From contig OZ025666.1 of NCBI GenBank assembly GCA_964019335.1, positions 310,001 to 374,000 on the forward strand: DNA of 64,000 bases, read 5' to 3'. Both the position numbers and the translations under genes were made by a program. The stretch comes from Diplonema japonicum (Eukaryota; Protista; Euglenozoa: Diplonemea). Below the pieces are notes generated by a model, which did no database searches, was not told the origin of the DNA, and worked only from the letters and a program-made list of their open reading frames with translations. Shown here one piece after another: positions 12,491-23,175 of the stretch (position 1 is its first letter; every line of letters starts with the position of its first letter).

Positions 12491-13811
12491 ATGGCGAAGG
12501 TCATCGAATCAATGGCGACATCGGGGAAGGTGTCTGCCTTCCCTTTCTGGTTGAGGAAGTACCCCACGGACACGAACATGCTCAACTGCCCGAATAACAT
12601 ACCAAGGGAGACATTTGAGGGCTACCCCTCAGTACTGAAGCGGGCCTTCAGCAGGGCAAACGAGCACGCCGACGAGACAAGAATACTGAACAATCGACCT
12701 TACTTTTTGAAGTACCGGCGGCACACTACCGACACCGGGTCCCTGCCCATGCAGGTGGTCGGGTTGGTGGGGCACTTGAAGACCTTTGAAAACCACCTTA
12801 CAAAAATCGACGACAAGTACATGAAGAAGGAACACATGAACAAGCGTAATGTTCTGAACCGACAGCTGCAGAAGCTCCGCGTTGAGGACTTCCCATCTTA
12901 CTGGAGGTTGATGCAGGACTTTCAACTGTGGGGAGAGGTCAGACAGAAACACCAGGGAATGATAGATTTAGGCGCATTCATGCAATCAGGCCCCGATGCA
13001 AAGTCAAAGGTATCCGTTGGGGGTCTTTTTTTTTTTTGTTTCCAATATTTTCTGAACAACACATTAGACCGCATTTGTAGAGTCCTATGTCGACCCTGAG
13101 ATGCTGTATGGGTGTGAAGAGACAGGGGAGTCACGATTCGCCGTGTCAAAAAGACTGGGGAAAATATATCAAGCAGGGCTTCAGGTGTACGTGAAGGACG
13201 CTCAGGACGGGTTGTGGAAGCTCGCAGAGATCATCAAGAGCAACCCAGAGAGTAAGACCTGCGAAGTTGTACTTCTCGCCGTTAACGATATTATCCCTAA
13301 CCAACACTGGGACGATATTAAACCCTTCGATTTGTATTCAACCAGCAGAGCGATGGCCGCAGAGGACCCCATCAGGGGCGAGGAGGCCGAGGCCAAATCT
13401 CGAGAAACCTATTTCGAAAACCTCAAACAAACGGACCCCACACGTTACGAGCAGGAATGGTACCAACATATCTGTAATAAGTATGTAGGAAGAAAAAAAA
13501 AAAAAAAAAAAAAAAAAAACTAGATACTACGATGGCAAGGCGCCTACTGGTTCCTTCCGAGGCTGGCGGCAGCGCTTCATGCTTTGGGATCCTCAAACTA
13601 CCTCCAAGAAGCGTGTGCGATGGGTCAAGGGTCTTTCTAAGTACATGCAACGTCGCGTTTACCTTGGGTATGATGTTTTGAATTTAGACAAAAAAAAAAA
13701 AAAAAAAAAAAAAGGTACCCTGTTCGCCACGAGGTGTTCAGCCGAGGAAAGGACGGCAAAGAGGAACCGTGGTGGGTGCAGTCCCTCCCAGTCGGCGCGA
13801 AGATAAAGTAG
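12491..13811 (+). CDS. MRPS15: Mitochondrial ribosomal protein uS15-like with long C-terminal extension. Exons 12491-13009, 13068-13480, 13524-13667, 13715-13811
   Basis: RRHTTDTGSLPMQV..HL..KR..L..LR..D..Y..L is the uS15 pattern; three GT-AG introns keep the frame open to TAG at 13811. Confidence 0.7.
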
Positions 13812-13912
13812 GGGGGAAAAAAAAAGAAGAGAAAAGTGTTTTTTTTACCCTCCCTTCATTTTTTGTTGATAACACCACCCCCCCCCCCCCCATTTAGTAT
13901 AAGAATAAATAC

Positions 13913-14284
13913 ATGGATGCGGTGTCCTTGCTGTCTCCGCAGTCAAGGGGGTTCTCTGATACAACGATAACTGCCTCGACTATTGAGATCAGACGGTTGA
14001 CAGAACAGGTGAAAGTGTTGGACAGTGCAAATCTAGCTCTGATGAAGCGAAACGACACAATGAGGCGGCTACACGAGGCAGAGATAAAGCGGATACGAGT
14101 AGAAGCATGCGACACCCTTCTCGCTTCCCAAACACGAACGACTGAGCTTGAAAACCAGCTGAAGGCGTGCGAAAACGAAAAGCAAGCGAGGGAAGTCGCC
14201 AGGATACGGAGCGGCCCTGCGGCCAACCACTTCATAAGGAAGATCGCAGAGCTGGAGGCTGAGATCTTGGAGCTGCGGAAGTAG
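13913..14284 (+). CDS. Short coiled-coil hypothetical protein
   Basis: 123-aa ORF with heptad-like composition between low-complexity spacers. Confidence 0.55.
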   Translation: MDAVSLLSPQSRGFSDTTITASTIEIRRLTEQVKVLDSANLALMKRNDTMRRLHEAEIKRIRVEACDTLLASQTRTTELENQLKACENEKQAREVARIRSGPAANHFIRKIAELEAEILELRK

Positions 14285-14453
14285 AATTTTTTTTGTCTGT
14301 TTTTTTTTTTTTTTCTTCTTCTTCATTCTCTCTCTGTTGTATGTATATTAGATGATAGTACCGTTATCATTCTTGAAATAGTTGTCTCAAACACTCCCCT
14401 TATCCAACCAAGGCGAGAGGCGCGAAAAAAAGTCCTCTCAAGCATGCACAGCA

Positions 14454-16520
14454 ATGGACCTGCCATGTGCGAACAACAGCATACAGTCCACGTACTACAC
14501 GACCAGCGTGTCGCTGGAAGAAAGCTGTCAAATAGTACCGCCTTTGATGTCCGATGCCGCTGAGGGTGTGGTGTTGCTACGGTTAAACAACATGCTTGCA
14601 GGCACCAAGGTGGACTCCGATGCGATCAGGTGGTGTGTGCAGATGATCGGCCGTGTGCCTCACAACGACAAGATCGTCACGGCCGTCCTCCGCGTCATCG
14701 AGAAGTCGCCAGAAGCCGTCCCACGAGGCGAGAACTCCTTCTGCTGCCCTGTGTGCAACCTCCTCTCCGTACACCTCAAGAAGCCAGGCTTCCAAGCAAA
14801 AAGCATGTCCGTCATCGACACCGCCCTTGTGCGCGAGGAAGGCACAAAGAAGCTCGAGCTCACAAAGAGCCTCGTCTCAGAGTGCAACATACTGCAAAGC
14901 GTGATAGCGACCCTCGAGCACCACATGGACAACGCCGCTGTGGTGCTGAAGGCGGTCACGCTTCTGAGAACTATCGTTCTCGTCGACGAGGAGTACCCCT
15001 CCATGCTCATCGATATAGGTGGTAGCAGCACATTTATAAAGCTCTTCAACCGCTACCGCACTTCCGTGTCGGTGGTCCCTGAAGCCCTCCTTGTTATCGA
15101 AGCTATCGCCGAAATCCCTTCGCTCGCTGCTACCCTTTTCGAAGAAGGCCACATGGGTATCCTCCTGTCCGTGCACCTTGCGCAGCCCATGCAGCCTACG
15201 CTGGCATTAGAGATGATATGTTCCGCCATGGCCACCAACTACGACTACCTGCAGTACGTCATCAAAGGCCCCGAGATCCCCGATGATCTATCTGTGCTGC
15301 CGCTGCCCAGTTCCCGTTCAGACGGGACGGGCATCATCGCCTCGAAGAAGATAGAAGAAGTCGAGCAGGTTGTGATCAGCTGCAGCCATGAAGATACGGT
15401 CGTTGAGGGCCTGAACCTGCTGCACAGGCTGGCCTTCAACCCGTCGCACGTCGCGCTCATCAACGTGGAGGAGGTGCTTGGGACGTTCACCCGTTTCAAT
15501 GGGTCGCCTTTGATCATTAGCTCAGCATGTGCAGCTCTGCACCGCCCCGCCCCCGCAAGTACCAGCCTCATCGTGAGGTGGCACAACATGACGCAAATCA
15601 TGGATGCCCTTGGAGCCCACATCGTCTACGGGCAGTCCGAGCCTGCAGCGGTTATCCTGTCGCTGCTCACGAAGCTGCTCCTATGCACAGACGAGACGGT
15701 GCAGTTCCTGCGGCCTGCTGGTGTCAAGACGGTACTCTATACAATGCTGTACATGCACACGGAGCCTACTGTCCTCTTGCATGCATCAGCTGTGATGGCG
15801 TTGCTATGCTCCGACTTGAAGCTTCGCGAGGAGTTTGCAAAGATGGCGAGCGAAGTGCAGGAAAACGCACCTGCCAAGACCGCACTGGATGTCTTGGTAA
15901 CGTCCTTGCGGCTGTATTCGTACAATAAAGTGTTGCAGTCGTTGCTGTGTCTGCTGCTGAAGGCTGCGTGTTCGATGTGCACAAAGTGCACAAATGCTGT
16001 TTTGAAAGGTGGGGAGGGGCTTCTTAAGAAGATATTGCAAAGTGGCGTGGAGGCAAAGTGCGTGCCGTTACAGCTAGCAGCAGCAGGGTGGGCCAGGGCG
16101 ATGGCGTCGACGGCTGACAACACAGAGCAGATAGCAAGCAAACAAGGGTTGGAGTTCCTTCTGGACACAGCCCACATCTACGGAAAGGTGAAGGACAGCG
16201 GGAACGGACTGCTGTCTGAGATGGTGCTGTTCGAGGCAGCACTGTCCGTCATTAGGTTGTCCATCACGAACGACGATATACGCGACCGGCTGGCGAGGCT
16301 TCTTCGCGAGTCGAACAAAGGATTCAGCGACCCTGAACTGATGCGCGTCTCGTGGAACGGCACATTCCTGCTATCCAACCAACCACCTGCAAAAGGCACC
16401 ACAGGGATGGTCTGGCTGGAACAATGGACAAAATACGTGCCAGAGATAGAGCAAGACCTCTCTAAGAGCGAGATCGTAGTCGGGTACAAGGATTTCGTAG
16501 TTGGATTAGGGTTCAAGTAA
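14454..16520 (+). CDS. ARM/HEAT-like helical repeat protein
   Basis: Long Leu/Val/Ala-rich ORF with ARM-like helices (e.g. ILQSVIATLEHHMDNAAVVLKAVTLLRTI); start codon uncertain. Confidence 0.7.
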   Translation: MDLPCANNSIQSTYYTTSVSLEESCQIVPPLMSDAAEGVVLLRLNNMLAGTKVDSDAIRWCVQMIGRVPHNDKIVTAVLRVIEKSPEAVPRGENSFCCPVCNLLSVHLKKPGFQAKSMSVIDTALVREEGTKKLELTKSLVSECNILQSVIATLEHHMDNAAVVLKAVTLLRTIVLVDEEYPSMLIDIGGSSTFIKLFNRYRTSVSVVPEALLVIEAIAEIPSLAATLFEEGHMGILLSVHLAQPMQPTLALEMICSAMATNYDYLQYVIKGPEIPDDLSVLPLPSSRSDGTGIIASKKIEEVEQVVISCSHEDTVVEGLNLLHRLAFNPSHVALINVEEVLGTFTRFNGSPLIISSACAALHRPAPASTSLIVRWHNMTQIMDALGAHIVYGQSEPAAVILSLLTKLLLCTDETVQFLRPAGVKTVLYTMLYMHTEPTVLLHASAVMALLCSDLKLREEFAKMASEVQENAPAKTALDVLVTSLRLYSYNKVLQSLLCLLLKAACSMCTKCTNAVLKGGEGLLKKILQSGVEAKCVPLQLAAAGWARAMASTADNTEQIASKQGLEFLLDTAHIYGKVKDSGNGLLSEMVLFEAALSVIRLSITNDDIRDRLARLLRESNKGFSDPELMRVSWNGTFLLSNQPPAKGTTGMVWLEQWTKYVPEIEQDLSKSEIVVGYKDFVVGLGFK

Positions 16521-16638
16521 CCACCCCCCCTTTTTTTTATTGTCCTGTACTTTGAATTTTATATTTATCTTGACCCGCAGGGAAAGTACCGGTAAACCGA
16601 AAGAAAAGGAGGTAAGAGAAAAAAAAAGGGGGGGGGGG

Positions 16639-17454
16639 ATGACGCAAGACCAAGGTATCGGCATGTTCCCGCAGCTGTTGGGGGTGTCGCAATTTCTTGA
16701 AAGCCACCCGGCAGTAACGGACGTAAAATTTTTCGACAAGGCAGGTGTGACAAAGGCGGCGGTGGCGAAGTGGGAGCTTTCGAATCAGCCCTTCCAGCTG
16801 CCTGAAGATCTGGCGTCATTCCTGGCGATTTCCGACGGCCTCCTTCTGAAATGGAGCATTCTACTAAACAGGTCACCCATACAAGGCATAGGGAACACAC
16901 ACATAAACTCCCTCGCGCAAATAACTAGGTACGATGACCAAAGCATCGAAGAAGGCAAAACTGCATTTGTACTGGACGGTACCCCTTCTATGTACGGTAA
17001 AGTCTGCCTTCTTTACGAGAAGGACCGTCCGTACTCGCCTTCGATATGGTTCCAGTCGTTATCGTGCTCATGGCACTTTGTTGCCCACACATTTACTGAT
17101 TATTTCCGGCTTCTGATCATGCATTTGGGGCTCCCTGGGTGGTGCCACACGTACACGGAAACAGGTCTTCCTAATGTAACTGAAGAATGGTTTGGGTTCC
17201 TGTCGCCAGAGCGCTTCCACATCGATCGCTTGAAGGGGTACAGAAGTAAGAACCAGAAGCAACCTCCTCTTGTAGATATTGAAAAACTAAGCGAATGTCT
17301 CGACAAAGGCACCACAGCGTTGTCAGGAACAACAAGCTCTAAGAACGATGATCTGCATCAGCATCAACAGACCAATGGAAAGCTGCCACCAGGCGGAGGA
17401 GGAGACAAAAAGAGACGGCATAACTCGTACTCTTACGGTAGCATGAAGGGTTAA
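16639..17454 (+). CDS. TPGS2: Tubulin polyglutamylase complex subunit 2-like (SMI1/KNR4-like fold)
   Basis: LPEDL..F..SDGLLLKW, GKVCLLY, IWFQ..SWHFVA.TFTDYFRLLI.HLGLPGW. Confidence 0.8.
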   Translation: MTQDQGIGMFPQLLGVSQFLESHPAVTDVKFFDKAGVTKAAVAKWELSNQPFQLPEDLASFLAISDGLLLKWSILLNRSPIQGIGNTHINSLAQITRYDDQSIEEGKTAFVLDGTPSMYGKVCLLYEKDRPYSPSIWFQSLSCSWHFVAHTFTDYFRLLIMHLGLPGWCHTYTETGLPNVTEEWFGFLSPERFHIDRLKGYRSKNQKQPPLVDIEKLSECLDKGTTALSGTTSSKNDDLHQHQQTNGKLPPGGGGDKKRRHNSYSYGSMKG

Positions 17455-17767
17455 GTAAATATAATTTTTCTGTTCTTAGTCCTCCCCCATGTGCGTTTTT
17501 TTTTTTATAATTCTTCTTGCAAGTGAGTGTATTACTTGCATTATTTGATACCGCCCACTTTCCTTTCCTTTTCTTTTCTTTCTTATGTTGGTTCTTCTTA
17601 TCCCTCGAAGTGGGGTATGGTCTTTTACATCTTGTCAACAATTGTGGGGAGGGGTTAAAAAAAAATCAGGTAGCGGCAAATATTCTCCCCAGAAATGGGC
17701 AATTGTTTACAACTTTTTTGATCCCCTGGGGGAAGGGGGGGGGGGTAAATAATAAATCGAGACAAAA

Positions 17768-18107
17768 GCCTGCCCATTTCCCCGTTGTTGTATTCTGTTT
17801 TTTAACATTGGCATCGAACGGGAGTTCTGGCAGCGCGAGAAGAGATATAGCAGGGCTTGTAAAAAAAAGCTAATAAATAAAATAAATGCCAGCCTATTTC
17901 CCCGTAGTTGTGTAGCGTGTTTACATTTGGCACTGCGGGAGTTCAAGCTAATGCGAGATAGTATCAATATTCTTTTCACCAGGGAACAAAAGGATGGGCA
18001 ACAACAAAAAAAAAAAAAAAAAAAAAAAAAAAAAGCGAGCCCATTTCCCCGTCGGTGTGTACCATCTTAATATGGCATCCGGTGGGAGTTCTGGCTGCGC
18101 GAGATCT
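17768..18107 (+). ncRNA. Three diverged copies of a single-hairpin AGA-box (H/ACA-like) snoRNA candidate at 17768-17843, 17888-17961, 18035-18107
   Basis: Shared GCCYATTTCCCCG...GGGAGTTC..GC..GCG-AGA; lower stems CTGCC/GGCAG vs AGCC/GGCT; 14 nt from the upper stem to AGA. Confidence 0.6.
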
Positions 18108-18225
18108 CCAAAACATTGTTGCTATTTCTTTTTTTTTTGGCGGGCCGTTGCTAACCACTTCGTTCCTATCATAGTGAATTTTTTTTTCTTCAAAATCAAT
18201 ATACACAGTGAGGATCGGGGGTGTA

Positions 18226-18579
18226 ATGCCGTACCCTGTTAAGTACATGGGCACGCCGCCTTACCTGCTTCGCAAGTTGGAAAGCAAGAGAAGAAAAGGA
18301 CAAGCAGACTACGAGAAGCCCAAGCCGCATCTCGCCTGCGCTACGAGCTGCATGTGGTGTGGCAGAGTCGTGAAGCTTCCCTTTTCAACTGACGCACTCC
18401 AAACATGCCCCTACTGCCGTGGAAAGGTGGACCCCCATACCACTGCTGAACTGTGGACGCCCAGTCCAGTTTCTGCGTGCAACCCCAGCCGCCTTGCATC
18501 GACAAGACGCCCATCGCTGTCTGTCTTAAGTGACGCGACACCCTCGAAGGCCCCCACTGAGGTGTCCTACATGCTATGA
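18226..18579 (+). CDS. Small zinc-ribbon protein
   Basis: CMWCG..(13)..CPYC pair in a 117-aa ORF. Confidence 0.5.
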   Translation: MPYPVKYMGTPPYLLRKLESKRRKGQADYEKPKPHLACATSCMWCGRVVKLPFSTDALQTCPYCRGKVDPHTTAELWTPSPVSACNPSRLASTRRPSLSVLSDATPSKAPTEVSYML

Positions 18580-18688
18580 TGTCTTTTTACAAAGGCACTG
18601 TTTGTTTGTATTCGGCACAACACGCACCAGCGAGTCAGAATTTCTCAAATCAGATTTCTGTTTTTCTTTTTAACAAAAAAAGAAAAAA

Positions 18689-21600
18689 ATGTCACGCGCG
18701 CTCTTGTGCGTGCTGTCCCTCGGGACGGCAGCTGCTCTTCAAACATGCCCACTCAACTTCGTGGGGAACGTGAAGCAGTTCGTGGTGGAGCAGGAGAACG
18801 GGAAGAACCGCAGGACGGTCCCTGCTGTGGAGAGGGCGATGACAGCGAAGGAGTTCTACGACTTCAACTCTTGGAGCAGCCACACCGGGTTTGAGAAGGC
18901 TGGTGTCTCGAACATGTTCCTGTACAGGGACCTGAACCACCCCGACCACCTGTCCTTCTTCTGGACCAGCGGGATCGACCACCCCCACGGCAACCAGCCC
19001 ACCGCTTCTGTCGACGGTCTCATCAGCGGCATCCCCGATGGGGTCACCATTGCTGAAATGGACGACAGGTCTGATGAGTTTGACTGGACCACCAGCAGCA
19101 CAATGGGTGTCATCGACCACAACCAGATCACCTCTGGGACCAGGAACATCGGTTGCCGTTGGAGGTTCGCCGAGAACACCGACGGCGGTGCCATCGAAGG
19201 GCTTCCCACGAACCTGAACTGGGAGATGAAGATGACCACGAAGTTCCACTTCGGGATCGACACCTGGTCCTTCCACTTCGGCGACGGGTCCACCGCACAG
19301 GACATGGACCCCTCCGAGCCTGTGTACCTTCGCCCTGTGGTGACGACTGTGGACACCGGTGTTGCCCCCTACCCCGGGACGGCAGGGAAGGAGACCTTCT
19401 GCACCCTTGTGAAGTCCGACAACGATGGGGAGCAGCTGACCTACACCTTCAGTTGGGGCGACGATACCCCCGACACCGTTGTGACGAAGACGGAAGGAAA
19501 CCTTGCCTGTGCCGAGCACGACTTCTGCGGTCCCGTGTCGGCGACCTGTGGTGGGACGGCACCCCGCAAGGTGCGTGTGTTTGCGAAGGGGTCCGGTTGC
19601 AGCGCCGTCCACAAGATCCTTGCGGATGAGGAGATCGGGACCTGCCCGCCGCTCAACTTCGTGGGGGACGTGAAGCAGTTCGTGGTGGAGCAGGAGAACG
19701 GGAAGAACCGCAGGACGGTCCCTGCTGTGGAGAGGGCGATGACAGCGAAGCAGTTCTACGACTTCAACTCTGTGAGCGCGCACACCGGACTTGAGAAGGC
19801 TAAGACCTCGAACATGTTCCTGTACAGGGATCTCATGAACCCCGACCACCTGTCCTTCTTCTGGATCCACGGTATTGACCACCCCGAGGGGAACCAGCCT
19901 GAGTCCGACGTCGACGCTCTCATCACTGGGATCCCGAGTGGTGTCACCATTGCGCAGAGCGACGACAGGACGGCCGAGTGGGACTGGACCAGCAGCAACA
20001 AGCTCGGGGACATCACCCACAACGGCGAGAACATCGGCGGGCACTGGTGGTTCAACCAGAACACAGACGGCGGTGCTCTTGACGGTTTCCCCACGAACCT
20101 GAACTGGGAGATTAAGATCCAAGCGAACTTCATCAGGGGGATCGACACCTGGTCCTTCCTCTTCGGCGACGGGTCCCTGCAGCAGGACATGGACATGAGC
20201 GAGCCTGTGTACCTTCGCCCTGTGGTGACCTCTGTGGATCTTGGTGTGGCCCCTTACCCTCAGGTGGCTGGTGCCGAGACCTTCTGCACCCTCGTGGAGT
20301 CCATCACACAGGAGCAGCTGACCTACACCTTCAAGTGGGGCGACGAGACCCCCGACACCGTTGTGACTGGACCTGCTGGCCATGTTACCTGTGCGTCGCA
20401 CGACTTCTGCGGTCCCGTGTCGGCGACCTGTGGTGGGACGGCACCCCGCAAGGTGCGTGTGTTCGTCTCGAAGTCCGGTTGCAGCACCGTCCACAAGATC
20501 CTTGCGGATGAGGAGATCGGGACCTGCCCGCCGCTCAACTTCGTGGGGGACGTGAAGCAGTTCGTGGTGGAGCAGGAGAACGGGAAGAACCGCAGGACGG
20601 TCCCTGCTGTGGAGAGGGCGATGACAGCGAAGCAGTTCTACGACTTCGACTCTTGGAGCGCGCACACAGGGTTTGAGAAGGCTGGGACCTCGAACATGTT
20701 CCTGTACAGGGACCTGAACCACCCCCACCACCTGTCCTTCTTCTGGATCCACGGTATCGACCACCCCCAGGGGAACCAGCCTGAGTCCGACGTCGACGCC
20801 CTCATCACCGGGATCCCGAGTGGTGTCACCATTGCGCAGAGCGACGACAGGACGGCCGAGTGGGACTGGACCAGCAGCAACAAGCTCGGGGACATCACCC
20901 ACAACGGCGGGAACATCGGCGGGCACTGGTGGTTCAACCAGAACACAGACGGCGGTGCTCTTGACGGTTTCCCCACAAACCTGAACTGGGAGATTAAGAT
21001 CCAAGCGAACTTCATCAGGGGGATCGACACCTGGTCCTTCCACTTCGGCGACGGGTCCCTGCAGCAGGACATGGACATGAGCGAGCCTGTGTACCTTCGC
21101 CCTGTGGTGACCTCTGTGGATCTTGGTGTGGCCCCTTACCCGACTGTGGCCGGTCCTGAGACCTTCTGCACCCTCGTGGAGTCCATCACACAGGAGCAGC
21201 TGACCTACACCTTCAAGTGGGGCGACAACACCCCCGACACCGTTGTGACTGGACCTGCTGGGAGCCTTGCCTGTGCAACACACAACTTCTGCGGAGCCAT
21301 CTCGCAGACCTGTGGTGGGACGGCACCCCGCAAGGTGCGTGTGTTCGTGAAGAAGACGGGCTGCGTGGAGATGGACAGGATCCTTGCAGACGAGAAGGTG
21401 GACGATGTGACCTGCGGGAACCACGAGGGCGTGAAGGTGAGCATCGAGGGGGCCACCGTTGCGGGCAACGATGTGAACGGGGAGATGGAGTTCAGCAACA
21501 GCGAGGCGGTGCTGACGAAGATCCCCGAGAACATGAGGGAGATGCAGGTTCACACCCCTGCTGCCATTCCCAAGGACACCACCATCACCCTCAGCTGCTG

Positions 21601-21928
21601 CGGGACTGAGGTCTGCGAGTTCATCGTGTCACACTACCACTGCCCTCCGTGCTCGGGGAAGGTGAACGGTGGCTTCCCCGCCCTACTCCCTCTGTCTGGG
21701 TTCGAGTCGGCCTCCTGCGCTCCCAAGTGGGGGTTGGCAGAGCAGAAGATGGTGTCGTACAGGGTTCAGGTGGATGCGGGGGCCTCTCTGGTCCTTCCCG
21801 AGACCACCGAGGAGGCCACATCCTTCGTTATCTTCAGCAAGGTTGGTGAGCTGGCGGACCCGTGGTGCCAGAAACCTAAGAAGTTTGGGTGTGGCGGTCC
21901 CTGTCCTCCTTCTAAGTGCACGTGTTAA
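18689..21928 (+). CDS. Secreted protein with three ~294-300 aa repeats (unknown beta-rich domain + PKD-like domain) and a Cys-rich C-terminal domain
   Basis: Signal peptide MSRALLCVLSLGTAAA; repeat starts near 18749, 19649 and 20531; YTFxWGDxTPD is PKD-like; intronless, very high GC3. Confidence 0.85.
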   Translation: MSRALLCVLSLGTAAALQTCPLNFVGNVKQFVVEQENGKNRRTVPAVERAMTAKEFYDFNSWSSHTGFEKAGVSNMFLYRDLNHPDHLSFFWTSGIDHPHGNQPTASVDGLISGIPDGVTIAEMDDRSDEFDWTTSSTMGVIDHNQITSGTRNIGCRWRFAENTDGGAIEGLPTNLNWEMKMTTKFHFGIDTWSFHFGDGSTAQDMDPSEPVYLRPVVTTVDTGVAPYPGTAGKETFCTLVKSDNDGEQLTYTFSWGDDTPDTVVTKTEGNLACAEHDFCGPVSATCGGTAPRKVRVFAKGSGCSAVHKILADEEIGTCPPLNFVGDVKQFVVEQENGKNRRTVPAVERAMTAKQFYDFNSVSAHTGLEKAKTSNMFLYRDLMNPDHLSFFWIHGIDHPEGNQPESDVDALITGIPSGVTIAQSDDRTAEWDWTSSNKLGDITHNGENIGGHWWFNQNTDGGALDGFPTNLNWEIKIQANFIRGIDTWSFLFGDGSLQQDMDMSEPVYLRPVVTSVDLGVAPYPQVAGAETFCTLVESITQEQLTYTFKWGDETPDTVVTGPAGHVTCASHDFCGPVSATCGGTAPRKVRVFVSKSGCSTVHKILADEEIGTCPPLNFVGDVKQFVVEQENGKNRRTVPAVERAMTAKQFYDFDSWSAHTGFEKAGTSNMFLYRDLNHPHHLSFFWIHGIDHPQGNQPESDVDALITGIPSGVTIAQSDDRTAEWDWTSSNKLGDITHNGGNIGGHWWFNQNTDGGALDGFPTNLNWEIKIQANFIRGIDTWSFHFGDGSLQQDMDMSEPVYLRPVVTSVDLGVAPYPTVAGPETFCTLVESITQEQLTYTFKWGDNTPDTVVTGPAGSLACATHNFCGAISQTCGGTAPRKVRVFVKKTGCVEMDRILADEKVDDVTCGNHEGVKVSIEGATVAGNDVNGEMEFSNSEAVLTKIPENMREMQVHTPAAIPKDTTITLSCCGTEVCEFIVSHYHCPPCSGKVNGGFPALLPLSGFESASCAPKWGLAEQKMVSYRVQVDAGASLVLPETTEEATSFVIFSKVGELADPWCQKPKKFGCGGPCPPSKCTC

Positions 21929-23175
21929 GGTAAGAAAAAAAAAAGAAAAAAGAAAAGCCTCTATTGTTTTCCCTCTTCTTCATTCCTTTTTGCTCCCCTT
22001 TTTTTATTGTTGCTCTCTCTGTTTTTTTTTTTATTGTTGCTCTCTCTCGCAAGAAAGCGAAGGTCTCTGGCCCACTATCAAATGCAACGTGTCCGAAGGC
22101 AGCATCTGAAGGGGTTAAGTTGAGATCAGGAACATTAGTGACAGACAAACAAGAAATAGAAAAAAAAAAAAAAAAAGAATACTGTAAATCCTCTTTTAAC
22201 CTTATCCAGAATGAAGAAAAAAAAAAAAAAAAAAAAGAACAATTCGACTCCCGAACTCGTGTTTTCGGAGGTCGATTTAAGGACAAATCAAATCAATGGT
22301 TTTTGATAGGAAAAAAAAACTTCAGTCTTTTAGATCGCTAGGTGGCGCTAAGAGAATTACAGGAACTATTCTCGCATTCTTCTTCTTCTTCTTCCTCCCC
22401 CCCCCCCCCCCTCCTCCTCGTTTCATTTTCTTTCACTTTATATATGCTGAACTAGGGCGTTTTCGACTCTGGGAATGAAATGAGGAGCGTAATTGCGAGG
22501 AAGAAGGGGAAGAAAAAAAGAAAGAAAAACCCACCAATCCCCCAAAGATATATTTATATATGAGAATTAGCCTTTTTTTAAAAAAATATTTTATTCTCTC
22601 CATTTGCATTCCCCCTCGGGACCAAAGAACACACGTGGTCCCTTTTATTTTCTTGTTTTTTTTTCCCTCCCTCTTTTTTTTTGGAGTTTAAAACATCTAT
22701 ACTTTGATAATTGTCGTTGCTGCAAAGAATTTTTAATCGTGCGTTACAACTTCTTTTTCCGCAAAGGTCTTTTTTTAAAAAGAAGTTTAAAATAAATAAA
22801 AGTTGTTGCACAATAGATATCTAGTGGCTATTACAAAACAGAGCAAACCAGAGTGAATAGTTTGTTTTCTCCATTTTCATCTCTTACCTTTCTATTTTTT
22901 GTTTTTATTCTTTTTCTTCTTTATTCAATGGGAAAAAACAAATCTTTTTATTTTTGTTTTATTTTGTCTACCCTGCCAATGTGGTGCTTTTAAACCCCCT
23001 GGTCCATCGTGAACATGAAAAGATTTTAATTGTTTCCCTATTTCCATTCCTCTCCCTCCTTTGTTTTGAATTTCTTATTTTTTTATTTTGATTAATTGAG
23101 CTTGAATTTCTGTACCTGTGGGGGGGGGGGGGGGGGGGGGGGGAGAAACGCACCCTGCACAGGACCAGGAGGAAG

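Noticed and set aside
13913-16520. Splicing the 123-aa ORF to the ARM ORF
   Set aside because: No GT-AG pair found that preserves the frame
18692-21553. 953-aa antisense ORF
   Set aside because: Shadow of strong codon bias and repetition in the sense gene; no domain features
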